A stretch of DNA of 48,580 nt from Deltaproteobacteria bacterium (lineage in GTDB: Bacteria > Desulfobacterota > Binatia > UBA12015), in assembly GCA_046583355.1 (NCBI GenBank), contig JAYGCM010000056.1:1-48580 (forward strand), in the 5' to 3' direction. Below, one piece after another: positions 8,761 through 18,218 of this stretch. Within the stretch, counting starts at the first letter, position 1. Each line of letters begins with the position of its first letter. The position numbers and the translations under genes are program-made. Below the pieces are notes generated by a model that did no database searches, had not been told where the DNA came from, and was given only the letters and a program-made list of their open reading frames with translations.

Positions 8761-10004
8761 GATGAGTCGCTCGAATTCTCGGGCTTGGTGCGCCGGCGGC
8801 CGCGCGGGCGCCGGCGAGATTGGTTCTCGCCGCCGGTGGTTTTCCCATCGGTGGATCGGTTTGTGGAGGGGTTCTTGCCGGCGGCCGCTTTCTCGCTGCC
8901 GCTGCTTGCGGATTTCTTGTTGTTCCGTCCGCGGCGTTTTTGCCCGCCGCGGCCGCGGCCGGTCTCGCCACGGTCCGGCCGCTCACCCTTGGGTGCCGGA
9001 GTGCTCGCGGCTTCCCATTCGCTGATTTCGGGCTCGCTCTCTGTCTCCCTGTCGAGTTCGGCGTCTTCGAAGGAGGTCGCAGCGTCGGTATCGCTCGGGC
9101 TCGTCGCGGCAATGCTCTCGCTACCACCCTCGGTGGCCGTGTCGGATTTTTTCTCGACCAGATCTTCCAGCGAGCAATGGACGTAGACATCATCGTCAAA
9201 ACGGCGCACGACAACCTGGCGTTTGAGGATGGCCTGCTGAATGACCACGCCTTCACCGTGGATCGTATGGACCTTCTTGCCGATGCTTGGCAGGCCGCGG
9301 CGGAGCTCGACGTAGGTGTCGTATTCGTAGCGCAGGCAGCATTTGAGCCGGCCGCACATCCCCGCAAGCTTGCCGGGGTTGAGTGAGAGGCCCTGCTCTT
9401 TGGCGTGGCGAATCGAGACCGGCGTGAACTCGCGAATCCAGGAGCTACAGCAGAGTTCGCGGCCGCAGGGGCCCATCCCGCCGACCAGGCTGGCCGCGTC
9501 GCGGTCGCCGATCTGGCGCATCTCTACGCGGGTATGAAGCTTCTGTGAGAGGTCGCGCGCCAGGCCGCGGAAGTCGACCCGGTCCTTGGTGCTCATGAAA
9601 TAGAAGGCGGCCTTGCCACCATCGAAGCGGTAATCGACGCGCAGGAGCTTGAGCGGCAGGTGGAGTTCGGCGGCGAGTGTGCGGAAGGTTTTGCCGGCGG
9701 CGGCTTCCTGGCCCCGGTTATGGCGGGCGCGCGAGAGGTCCTCGGCGGTGGCGACGCGCAAGACGCGTGGCAGCTTTTTGCCGTCCTCGCGTGGGAACCG
9801 CGACCGCGCGGGGCCGGTGGCTTCGCCGAGTTCGGGACCACGCTCGCTCTGCACCACCAATGCGGCACCAAGTTGGCACCTCAGGTCACCGAGCGCGAAG
9901 GTCCCCGCGCGTCCAGTCACGCGAAAGCGGACATCGACGACATCGGCCGGTGGCGGCGGTGCCTCTTCGGGCGCTTGGGCAGGTAGTTCCAGATTTTCTT
10001 CCAC
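8757..10004 (-). CDS. ricT: PSP1-domain protein (YaaT/RicT family) with long low-complexity C-terminal tail
   Basis: RVDFRGL, EMRQIG, CGRELCC and GMCGRLKCCLRYE motifs; located between holB and metG. Start placed at GTG 10004, just after the holB stop. Confidence 0.88.
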   Translation of the reverse strand: MEENLELPAQAPEEAPPPPADVVDVRFRVTGRAGTFALGDLRCQLGAALVVQSERGPELGEATGPARSRFPREDGKKLPRVLRVATAEDLSRARHNRGQEAAAGKTFRTLAAELHLPLKLLRVDYRFDGGKAAFYFMSTKDRVDFRGLARDLSQKLHTRVEMRQIGDRDAASLVGGMGPCGRELCCSSWIREFTPVSIRHAKEQGLSLNPGKLAGMCGRLKCCLRYEYDTYVELRRGLPSIGKKVHTIHGEGVVIQQAILKRQVVVRRFDDDVYVHCSLEDLVEKKSDTATEGGSESIAATSPSDTDAATSFEDAELDRETESEPEISEWEAASTPAPKGERPDRGETGRGRGGQKRRGRNNKKSASSGSEKAAAGKNPSTNRSTDGKTTGGENQSRRRPRGRRRTKPENSSDSS

Positions 10005-10015
10005 AGATTCTCTTC

Positions 10016-10987
10016 TCAGAGGCCTTCGCGCCCCTGTAGGTCGAGCAGCAGGCTCTCCCAACTCAGCTGCGCATTGGCGTAACGCTCCAGATCTCGGGTG
10101 GTACCATGGATCCGGCGCAGACGCCCCAGCGCTCGGCGAATTGTCTCGGAGTCGCCAGATTCCGTAGCCTCAAGCATGCGCCCGCGGGCCCATTGGAGGA
10201 AGATCGTCGAGTCGAGTGCCATGCGTTGGCGCCGCTCATCACCCTTGCCGCGCCCGAGTGCGGCGGCAAAGTCGAGTAGATCGGGGATGGGCAGGGAATG
10301 CAGATCGTCGAGCCTATCGTGCAATTCTTCACGGCGCGTCCGCGTCTCCTCGCTCGCCAGACGATCGGCCTCATCCAGGCTGCCGCCAGCCAGAGCGGCG
10401 ACCGCCGCGGCCTGGTCGCTCGGCGTTCCCCGGCGCACCAGCAATTCCTCGATGGTTGCTGCGGGCAGGGGGGCGAAGAGGACGCGCTGGCAGCGCGAGC
10501 GGATCGTCGCGAGCAGAGCGTCGGCGTTGGTTGTCACGAGAAGAATCGTGCACGCGGCCGGAGGTTCTTCGAGAGTCTTGAGCAGCGCGTTCTGCGCATC
10601 GGCGGTGAGCTTCTCGGCCGGTTCGATGATGGCGACCTTGCGCCGGCTGCGCATGCCACGCAGCGCGAGGCCGGAGCGCAGCCGGCGCATCTGTGCAATC
10701 GAGAGCTGGCGGGTTGTCGCCCGCTCTTCACGCGCGCGCTCCATATCTTCGATTTGCAGGTCGGGATGAGTGCCGGCATCGATCAGGTGGCAGTCGTCAC
10801 AAAAATCGCAGCCTTCGCCAGGCGCCGTGGTGCAGAAAAGGGCGCGTGCCAAGGCCAGCGCCATAGTGCGTTTGCCGACACCGCCGGGCCCGGAGAAGAT
10901 CAGCGCATGCGCCAGGCGGTCGCGGCGCAGCGCAAGGAGAAGCTGCTCGCGCGCACGGTCCTGGCCGAGGATCTCCTGGAGTTTCAT
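10016..10987 (-). CDS. holB: DNA polymerase III subunit delta'
   Basis: GPGGVGK, Cys cluster (C...CDFCDDC), HPD, QNALLKTLEEPP, TIRSRC; ATG 10987 overlaps the tmk stop (ATGA). Confidence 0.95.
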   Translation of the reverse strand: MKLQEILGQDRAREQLLLALRRDRLAHALIFSGPGGVGKRTMALALARALFCTTAPGEGCDFCDDCHLIDAGTHPDLQIEDMERAREERATTRQLSIAQMRRLRSGLALRGMRSRRKVAIIEPAEKLTADAQNALLKTLEEPPAACTILLVTTNADALLATIRSRCQRVLFAPLPAATIEELLVRRGTPSDQAAAVAALAGGSLDEADRLASEETRTRREELHDRLDDLHSLPIPDLLDFAAALGRGKGDERRQRMALDSTIFLQWARGRMLEATESGDSETIRRALGRLRRIHGTTRDLERYANAQLSWESLLLDLQGREGL

Positions 10988-11610
10988 CGCGCCTTGCCGA
11001 TCCATTCGAGTACATCGGCGGCGATCTGGTGGGCGAGGGTGGCGAGGTCGCAGCGGGCATCGAAGCGCGCGACCCGCTCGCTCTCGGCTGCGGCGATCTC
11101 GTGGAACCCTTGTTGTACGCGCCGATGAAACGCGAGCGTCTCTTGTTCGATGCGGTCGGCGGGACCGGTCTGGCGGGCGCGCGCGAGGCCGTCTTCGACC
11201 GGCAAATCGAGCAGGATTGTGCGGCCGGGAGCTGTGCCGCCGCGCGCGAAGAGATCGGCGCTTCGGACCATTTCCTGGTCCAGGCCGCGGCCCCAGGCCT
11301 GGTAGGCCAGCGTCGAATCCGAGAAACGATCGCAGATGACAACGGCGCCGCGCTCGAGTGCGGGACGGATCAGGCGTGAGACATGCTCGGCCCGGTCGGC
11401 GAGATAGAGAAATAATTCGGTCTCGGCTGTGGGTGCCACGGCATCGGCTTCGAGCAGGATCGCCCGCAGCTTGCGGCCCAGTTCCGTGCCACCCGGCTCC
11501 CGGGTGGTCACGACCTCATGGCCGGCGCGCTTCAATGCATCGGCGAGGCGCGCGGCCTGCGTGCTCTTGCCCGAGCCCTCGATTCCTTCAAAGGTGATGA
11601 AATAGCTCAT
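10984..11610 (-). CDS. tmk: Thymidylate kinase
   Basis: FITFEGIEGSGKST, TREPGGT, CDRFSDSTLAYQ. Confidence 0.97.
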   Translation of the reverse strand: MSYFITFEGIEGSGKSTQAARLADALKRAGHEVVTTREPGGTELGRKLRAILLEADAVAPTAETELFLYLADRAEHVSRLIRPALERGAVVICDRFSDSTLAYQAWGRGLDQEMVRSADLFARGGTAPGRTILLDLPVEDGLARARQTGPADRIEQETLAFHRRVQQGFHEIAAAESERVARFDARCDLATLAHQIAADVLEWIGKAR

Positions 11611-13055
11611 GCGGATGGTGTCTCGTCGCGTGGGATTTTTTCGCCGGTCACTCCCGCGGCGAGTAAGGTGTCGGCGGCTTGCTCGCCGGAGTGGATTGAG
11701 TCGGGCAGGCCGACACCATGGTAGGCGTTGCCGGCCAGTGCAAGCCCGGCATGCCGTTCGGCCATCTCCTCGATGCGCAGAACCTTGAGGGCGTGGCCCA
11801 GATGGTATTGCGGCATCGACTCGCCGTGGCGCTGCAGGCGCTCGAAGGTCGGTGCCCGGCGCGCGCCCAGCAGGCGCCCGGCTTCGTCGCGCGCCAGCGC
11901 GAGGAGGTCTGCATCGCTTTTGGCATAGACATCGGGTGCGAGCGCACCGCCGAGGAAGATACGCAGCGTGACGATTTCGTCGGGGGCGCGGCCAGCGAAT
12001 TTCACGCTGGGAAACGAGATGGCGATGATGCCGCGCCCTTCACGCGCCGGCACGACGATGCCGAAGAATTCCGGGTTGACCTCGAGGTCGGCACGGCGAT
12101 AGGCCAGCACGGCAACGGCCGTTGAGGCGTATTCGATCTCGCCGAGGCTTGCGGCAAGCTCGCCATCGAGCGCAGCGAGTGTCTCGCTTGCGCGCGGTGC
12201 GGGCAAGGCGACGATCACGGCATCGGCCTCCACGACCTCGCCGCCGCAATCGACCTGCCAGATTTCATCGTACCCGATGCTCTTGACGCGCGTTTTCAGT
12301 CGCAGCGTATCTGCCGGGAGGCGGTCGAGGAGCGCCTCGACAAGCGTATGGACACCACCGCGCGGTGTCGTGAAGAGGCTGAAGCGCGCTCCGCTGGTGC
12401 CGGCCTTCGGCGCGTTTGCGGTCTGCCGCAGCAGGCCGAGGATCACGCTGCGGTGCTTGCGCTCGAGTTCGAGGAAGCGTGGCATGGTCGCGCCGAGGGA
12501 GAGTTTTTCGGGGTCGGCGGTATAGATCCCGCCGATCACCGGTTGGGCGATGCGCTCGAGCACCTCGCGGCCCAGCCGCCTGCGGACAAAGGAGGCCAGG
12601 GTTTCGTCGCCGCCGGGCGGCGGGCCACCACGGGGCAGCACGAGATCCAGGAGGGCGCGTAGGCGCCCTGGCCAGGAGAGGATCTTCGAGGTCAGGAAGG
12701 GCCGAATTTTGCCAGGTGCCATCATCTGAAAGGCTTCGGGCAGCGGTAGCAATTTGCCGTCGCGGACAACCAGCGTGCGGCGGAATTCGGCTTGGGTCGG
12801 GATGAGTTCGCCGTCGATGCCCAAGCGCCGGCAGAGATCCACGGCCCAGGGCTTCTCGGTGATGAGGGAGTCGGGGCCGAGTTCCAGCAGCATGCCGTCT
12901 TCGTGGTGTGTGTGGATGACGCCACCGGGCCGGTCGGTCGCTTCCAGAATCTGGATCTCGAGGGCTTGGCCTGCCCTCTCGACGAGTCGGTGGGCAGCCG
13001 CAAGGCCGGTAATGCCACCGCCGATGATGACCACGCGTGGCAATCTCGCGCTCAT
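11607..13055 (-). CDS. hemY: Proto/coproporphyrinogen oxidase (HemY/CgoX)
   Basis: IGGGITGL FAD motif, ELGPDS, MPQY, GVGLPD; coupled to hemH. Confidence 0.93.
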   Translation of the reverse strand: MSARLPRVVIIGGGITGLAAAHRLVERAGQALEIQILEATDRPGGVIHTHHEDGMLLELGPDSLITEKPWAVDLCRRLGIDGELIPTQAEFRRTLVVRDGKLLPLPEAFQMMAPGKIRPFLTSKILSWPGRLRALLDLVLPRGGPPPGGDETLASFVRRRLGREVLERIAQPVIGGIYTADPEKLSLGATMPRFLELERKHRSVILGLLRQTANAPKAGTSGARFSLFTTPRGGVHTLVEALLDRLPADTLRLKTRVKSIGYDEIWQVDCGGEVVEADAVIVALPAPRASETLAALDGELAASLGEIEYASTAVAVLAYRRADLEVNPEFFGIVVPAREGRGIIAISFPSVKFAGRAPDEIVTLRIFLGGALAPDVYAKSDADLLALARDEAGRLLGARRAPTFERLQRHGESMPQYHLGHALKVLRIEEMAERHAGLALAGNAYHGVGLPDSIHSGEQAADTLLAAGVTGEKIPRDETPSA

Positions 13056-13978
13056 TCCCTCTCCTCCGCTTCGCTCAGAAGGTCCGCGAGCATCGCGATG
13101 AACTCCGGATGGTCGGCGACGGTCCCGGCGCGGATCATCTCGATGCCGAGAGCATCGGCGCGCTGCTTTGCCTGGTGGTCGAGGTCCCAGAGGACTTCGA
13201 CATGGTCGCAGACGAAGCCGAGGGGTGAGACGATTACACGTTTTGCCCCGGCAAGGGCGAGCTCACTCAGCTTGTCGCTGATATCGGGTTCGAGCCACGC
13301 ATCTTGGGGCCGGCCGCTGCGGCTCTGCCAGGCGATCTGCCAATTCTCGCAGCCCAATTCGGTGGCTACGCCGGCGGCCGAGGTGCGCAATTGCGCTACG
13401 TACTCCGAGGCTTCGGCCATCGCGACGGGAATGCTATGGGCCGTGAACACAAGCGGGATAGTGCGTCGCTCGGCGTCGCTCATGCGGTGCGTCGCGAAGC
13501 GGATGCGCTCGGCCGCGGCACGGATATAGCCGGCGCGCGCGTGCCAATTCGGGGCCAGCGTGATGCGCGGCGCATCGCTGCCGAGCTCGCGTTGCGCCTC
13601 CTTGAGGTTCTCGACATAGCGCTGCCGGCCGGCCTCGCAATCGTGTGCCGCAAGGATGATCGCGAAGACCTCGCGGACGCCCTGATTGTAGAGGCCGCGC
13701 AGCGTATCCACCAGAAAAGGGTGCCAATTGCGCATCCCGCAAGCAATCGGCAGTCGGCGTCCGCGGCCGTGCAATTCGATCGCGAGGGCGGCGGCCTGGC
13801 GGCGGGTCCATTCATTGAGCGGCGAGCGCCCGCCCATGGCTTCATAATGCAGGGCGACGGCGGCCAGACGTTCTTCGGGGATTTGGCGCCCTGCTATGAC
13901 CTGGCCGAGGAAGGGGGGGATGTCGGCCTTTTTCTCCGGGCCGCCGAAGGCAACCAGGAGGGTGGCGTCGAATTTCAC
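13052..13978 (-). CDS. hemH: Ferrochelatase (resembles actinobacterial CpfC/HemZ)
   Basis: FGGPE, RNWHP, FTAHSIP, WQSRSG, WLEPD, GFVCDHVEVLWDLD. Confidence 0.95.
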   Translation of the reverse strand: MKFDATLLVAFGGPEKKADIPPFLGQVIAGRQIPEERLAAVALHYEAMGGRSPLNEWTRRQAAALAIELHGRGRRLPIACGMRNWHPFLVDTLRGLYNQGVREVFAIILAAHDCEAGRQRYVENLKEAQRELGSDAPRITLAPNWHARAGYIRAAAERIRFATHRMSDAERRTIPLVFTAHSIPVAMAEASEYVAQLRTSAAGVATELGCENWQIAWQSRSGRPQDAWLEPDISDKLSELALAGAKRVIVSPLGFVCDHVEVLWDLDHQAKQRADALGIEMIRAGTVADHPEFIAMLADLLSEAEERE

Positions 13979-15009
13979 CGCGCGCTCAGTTCGTGTACCG
14001 AGTCGACGAGACAGCGCACGGCGTCGATCGGCGTCTGCGGCAGAATTCCGTGGCCGAGGTTCATGATATGGCCGCGTCGCCCTTCGGTCTCGTTCAGAAT
14101 CTGCTGCACTCGATTGCGTAGTACGTCAAGCGGAGCAAAGAGGAGGAGCGGGTCGATATTGCCCTGCACGGCACGTTCATGGCCGATGCGCTGCCAGGCC
14201 GTGTCCATGCGGATGCGCCAATCGACACCGACAACATCGCTGCCGGCCGACGCGATGAGTTCCAGAATGCCTGCTGTTCCGGTGCCGAAATAAATCGTCG
14301 GCACGGAAGAATCGAGTCGCGCAAAAAGATCGCGCATATGCGGCAGGATGGCGGTCTCATAATCTTCCGGTGCGAGCGCACCGATCCAGCTATCGAAGAC
14401 CTGTACGGCCTGCGCGCCGGCGCGGATCTGGCCGTTGAGATAGTCCACCGTGACGTCGACCAGTTTGCGCATCAACTCGGCCCAAGCCTCGGGCTTCGTG
14501 TAAAGGAAACGTTTGGTTTCGAGGTAATTGCGTGAGCCGCCGCCTTCGATGGCGTAGGAGGCGAGCGTGAAGGGCGCACCGGCAAAGCCGATCAGCGGGG
14601 CCCGGCCGTCGAGCCGGGATCGCACCTGGCGCACGGTTTCAAAGACATAGGCCAGCGAATCTTCGACATCGACCTTCGGTAGCTGTTTTACATGGGCGAC
14701 CTCGCGGATCGGCCGGGCGAGAGATGGCCCGTCGCCCTTCTCAAACGAGAGACCGAGCCCGAGCGGCTCGAGCGGCAGCAGGATATCCGCAAAGAGGATG
14801 GCCGCGTCCATGCCGAAGCGATCGATCGGCTGCAGCGTGACCTCGCAGGCCGCCTCCGAGTTCCGGCAGAGCTCAAGAAACCCCATTTTCTCGCGGATTG
14901 CGCGGTATTCGGGCAGGTAGCGCCCCGCTTGGCGCATCAGCCAGATGGGCGTATGCGGCACGGCTTCGCGCCGGCACGCAAGGAGGAAAGGGGATTCAAC
15001 GTCACTCAC
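13975..15009 (-). CDS. hemE: Uroporphyrinogen decarboxylase
   Basis: PIWLMRQAGRYLPEY, IGFAGAPFTLASY, NLGHGI. Confidence 0.97.
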   Translation of the reverse strand: MSDVESPFLLACRREAVPHTPIWLMRQAGRYLPEYRAIREKMGFLELCRNSEAACEVTLQPIDRFGMDAAILFADILLPLEPLGLGLSFEKGDGPSLARPIREVAHVKQLPKVDVEDSLAYVFETVRQVRSRLDGRAPLIGFAGAPFTLASYAIEGGGSRNYLETKRFLYTKPEAWAELMRKLVDVTVDYLNGQIRAGAQAVQVFDSWIGALAPEDYETAILPHMRDLFARLDSSVPTIYFGTGTAGILELIASAGSDVVGVDWRIRMDTAWQRIGHERAVQGNIDPLLLFAPLDVLRNRVQQILNETEGRRGHIMNLGHGILPQTPIDAVRCLVDSVHELSAR

Positions 15010-15078
15010 ACGCCCACTCTATGGAAAACCGCAGCAACTCCCAACGCCGCCCCCGCCCCAAAAGCAGTAGTTTCTCCC

Positions 15079-15130
15079 CGCCCGCCCCTTGTCCCCTTCA
15101 GGGGACGTGTACCTGAAGGGGACGCGGGCG
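15079..15130. repeat. GC-rich stem-loop (REP-like or terminator) between the GST-like gene and hemE
   Basis: GTCCCCTTCAGG (15091-15102) pairs perfectly with CCTGAAGGGGAC (15112-15123); outer CGCCCGC/GCGGGCG stem. Confidence 0.65.
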
Positions 15131-15143
15131 AGTTTGGAGACTT

Positions 15144-16169
15144 TTATGCGAAGAGTGGCGCGGCGCCGGTGGGTTGGAGGATGGCGTTGGCGGCTTCGCG
15201 GTCTTGTGGGGTGAGGGCGGCGTGTTGGTCGCGTAGCCAGCGCAGGCATTTTGCCTGGTAGGGGAAGGGCCTTTGCTCCCAGCGGGCGCCGTCGATTGTC
15301 GCGACGACTTTTTCGGCGCCGGCCTCGACTGCGGCGGCATTGGCGAGGAGATAGGGTGTGTAGACCCGGCCGAACTCCGTGAGTAGAGCGTGCAGGGTCT
15401 TTGTGATGGCGTCGCGGCCGATCCAATCTTCGTCGCTTGGGTCGAGCCCGCTCAGGTCTTCCATTTTCTCGACCCAGGCGTAGACGCGCGGTGCCTGCGC
15501 GACGCAGATTGCCATCGGCGTGGGGTCGAAGAGGGCCAGTTGGGTGAGCTGCCCGTAGAGCGCAAAATCAGCCGAGGCCGGGCGCGCGCCGAAGAGGAAG
15601 GCCGAGGTCTGGAGATGCGCGTCGAAGAGTTTGAGGAAGCGCTTGTAGCCGGCCTCGATCACCGGTGCCGTGATGGCATTCGAGCCGACATAATGGAGGC
15701 GCGTGACCTGGCGCTCGGCGACCCATTGGGAGATCGGCGCGACTTCTTCGTCTGTCACGTTGGTTTTTGCCCAGAGCGGCAGGATCGCGGCGGCCTTGTC
15801 GACGTCGGCCTGGAACGCCCAGCGGTAATGAAACATTGCCTTGGTCAGCCACTCGTCGCCGAAATCTTCGAGCATCGCGTTCAGCAGGGCGACGACCGGG
15901 TCGTTCGGGAGAACGCTGCGGCCGGCGAATTCTGTCTCGAACCGACGGATGAGTGGCGTGGAATCCGTGACCGCCACCTCCTCACCGGCCTCGTCTTGCA
16001 GGTAGAAGGTCGGCAAAAGCTCGACCTTGGGTTTCGGCCGCGCGCGATGCTCGGGGCTGCCTTGTTGCAGGACGCGATGCGGGATCTGCCTGTAGCGCAG
16101 CACCGCGCGCATCTTGCGCGTGTAGGGCGACCCGGGGGCGCCCATCAGGATCAGGGGGAGGTTCGACAT
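15144..16169 (-). CDS. Glutathione S-transferase family protein
   Basis: GAPGSPYTRK N-terminus, DSTP motif, FLFGARPASADF C-domain motif. Confidence 0.85.
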   Translation of the reverse strand: MSNLPLILMGAPGSPYTRKMRAVLRYRQIPHRVLQQGSPEHRARPKPKVELLPTFYLQDEAGEEVAVTDSTPLIRRFETEFAGRSVLPNDPVVALLNAMLEDFGDEWLTKAMFHYRWAFQADVDKAAAILPLWAKTNVTDEEVAPISQWVAERQVTRLHYVGSNAITAPVIEAGYKRFLKLFDAHLQTSAFLFGARPASADFALYGQLTQLALFDPTPMAICVAQAPRVYAWVEKMEDLSGLDPSDEDWIGRDAITKTLHALLTEFGRVYTPYLLANAAAVEAGAEKVVATIDGARWEQRPFPYQAKCLRWLRDQHAALTPQDREAANAILQPTGAAPLFA

Positions 16170-16217
16170 GCGCGATGCCTACCACAGGCTCTGCGGTTGT
16201 TCCGAGACGGTCGTGGC

Positions 16218-17054
16218 CTACAAGGTCGGCGCGTGCGCGGCGATCGCTTTGGCGAAATAGCCGAGCTTGGGGTGCTCGGGGCAGATATTGGGTGCGATGC
16301 CCTCGGCCGCGAGCGCGGCATCGACGGTGGGACCGATGCTGGCGACCAACACCTGGTCGCGCAAGGCCCGGGCGACAGCGGCACGGCGCTCGCCGGCGAA
16401 GAGAAGCAGATGGTCGAGTTGTACGGCCGTGGTGAAGGCCACCACATGGATGCGGCCCGCCAGGAGTTGGCCGATTCCCTCGGCCAGTGGCGCGGTATCC
16501 TCGGGCAGGGCGTAGCGATAGACGGGCACCCTATAAACGCTCGCACCGCGGTCCTCGAGGCCTTGGTGTAGCTCGGGGCTGGGCCGGCCGTATTCTTGCA
16601 CGGCAAGGCGCAGCCCCGCGACGGGGAACTCGGCGTCGAGGGCACCCAGCAATTCACGCCAGGTATTCGGTTCCGGGGCGCGCACGCGGGCACGCAGGCC
16701 CATCTGACGTAGCGCTGCGACGGGTTTCGGGCCGCGGGCAATCAGCGGAATTCGCCCGAGCAGCTCGGCGAATTCTTCCGGCGCGCCGTGGCGCGCCGCT
16801 ATCGTGGCGAGCGCATGGGTGCCCACGCCCGTGAGCAGGATCAGGGCATCGATCTGCCCCGCGCGGAGCCGCTCGAGCAGGCCGACGGCGGGCCCGGTCT
16901 CCTCCAGTGGTTCTTCGCGCAGCGCAGGTGCGCTCAAGACCTCGGCGCCGTGCCGGGCCAGGAGCCTGGTCAGCTCCACCTTGCGGCGGCTCTCGAGCGT
17001 CAGGATACGCACACCCGCGAGGGCTGCGGAATCCGCAGATGCGTCCACGTCCAT
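16218..17054 (-). CDS. hemD: Uroporphyrinogen-III synthase
   Basis: LESRR, LLTGVG, ARGPKP, VPVYRY, FTTAVQ, SIGP motifs; near the hem operon. Confidence 0.88.
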   Translation of the reverse strand: MDVDASADSAALAGVRILTLESRRKVELTRLLARHGAEVLSAPALREEPLEETGPAVGLLERLRAGQIDALILLTGVGTHALATIAARHGAPEEFAELLGRIPLIARGPKPVAALRQMGLRARVRAPEPNTWRELLGALDAEFPVAGLRLAVQEYGRPSPELHQGLEDRGASVYRVPVYRYALPEDTAPLAEGIGQLLAGRIHVVAFTTAVQLDHLLLFAGERRAAVARALRDQVLVASIGPTVDAALAAEGIAPNICPEHPKLGYFAKAIAAHAPTL

Positions 17055-17116
17055 GGCCGAGGTATAGCACCACCGATGGTTTCGCGAAGAGAGGCGTGAC
17101 GAGGTAGGCTTGCGGC

Positions 17117-17344
17117 GTGTCGGTCGATAAAATTGTCAAGTGCCCGAAATGCGCCAAGACCTCGGCGTGGAGCGCTGCGCCGCGCGGCCCCTTCTGCTCG
17201 GAGCGTTGCCGATTGGTCGACCTGGGCTCCTGGCTGAGCGAAGATTATGCGATCGAGGGGACACCGGAGGGGGAAGCGGGCGAGCCGCCAGCCGGCCCCG
17301 CCGCAGTCGTGCCGATCCGACGCTCGGACGAGGAGCGCGACTAG
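17117..17344 (+). CDS. yacG: DNA gyrase inhibitor YacG
   Basis: CPKC...PFCSERC zinc finger followed by DLGSW. Confidence 0.9.
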   Translation: MSVDKIVKCPKCAKTSAWSAAPRGPFCSERCRLVDLGSWLSEDYAIEGTPEGEAGEPPAGPAAVVPIRRSDEERD

Positions 17345-18157
17345 ATGAGCGCCGGAATTCATCCGCGCGCCGAGGTCGATGTGCAAGCCGAACTGGGGGC
17401 GGGTGTTGAGGTCGGTCCCTTTGCTGTGATCGAGGCGGGTGTCGTCGTGGGCGACGGCACTCGGGTGCTCGCGGGTGCGCATCTGCGTGCGGGGACGACA
17501 CTCGGGCGTGAGAACCTGGTGCGTGACCACGCGGTGCTTGGCGGGGACCCACAAGATACCGCCTACGACGGCGCCGAGACCTTCTTGCGCGTCGGCGACC
17601 GCAATATCTTCGGCGAAGGCTGCACTCTGCACCGCGGCACCGCGCCCGGCAGCGAGACGCGCATCGGCAATGATTGCTTCTTCATGGCCAATAGCCACGC
17701 CGGGCATAATTGTATCGTCGAGGACCAGGTCATTCTTGCCAACGGCGCGTTGTTGGGCGGCCATGTGCATGTCGGCGCGCGGGCCTTTGTCTCGGGCAAT
17801 ACTGTGGTGCACCAGCACCTGCGGGTCGGTCGGCTGGCGATGCTCGGGGGTGGCTCGACTTTTACCGCCGATGTGCCGCCTTTTATGATGGCCACGGAGT
17901 TCAACGTTCTGCGCGGGTTGAACGTCGTGGGCATCCGCCGCGCCGGCATCGAGCGGGAGGCCATTGCCGCGCTGCGCCGCGCTTATCGCCAACTCTTCGG
18001 TCGGCGGCGCAACCTCAAAATCGCCCGCGAGGCGGTCGCGGCCGAGCCGGATCTGCCGCCCGAAGTGGAGGAATTACTGGCCTTTCTCGTCGATACGCCG
18101 CGTGGTCTCTGCAAGCCGGCTTTACGAACCTCTGCGGCCCCGCAGCCGAGCAAATGA
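17345..18157 (+). CDS. lpxA: Acyl-ACP--UDP-N-acetylglucosamine O-acyltransferase
   Basis: Hexapeptide repeats, GDPQD, HRGT, SHAGHNC, LGGHV, VHQ, DVPP, GLNVVGIRR. Confidence 0.9.
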   Translation: MSAGIHPRAEVDVQAELGAGVEVGPFAVIEAGVVVGDGTRVLAGAHLRAGTTLGRENLVRDHAVLGGDPQDTAYDGAETFLRVGDRNIFGEGCTLHRGTAPGSETRIGNDCFFMANSHAGHNCIVEDQVILANGALLGGHVHVGARAFVSGNTVVHQHLRVGRLAMLGGGSTFTADVPPFMMATEFNVLRGLNVVGIRRAGIEREAIAALRRAYRQLFGRRRNLKIAREAVAAEPDLPPEVEELLAFLVDTPRGLCKPALRTSAAPQPSK

Positions 18158-18218
18158 TGCAGGCTCGGCGTCCCGGGCATGGACTTATGCTTCGTTTCCA
18201 GTCACCTTGCGAGCCGTC

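Noticed and set aside
17964..18218. Extended N-termini in the ORF track (VOC, diiron, HEAT, CCD, purC, holB, ricT and others)
   Set aside because: They overlap neighbouring genes or promoters; downstream starts fit ribosome sites and family N-termini better.
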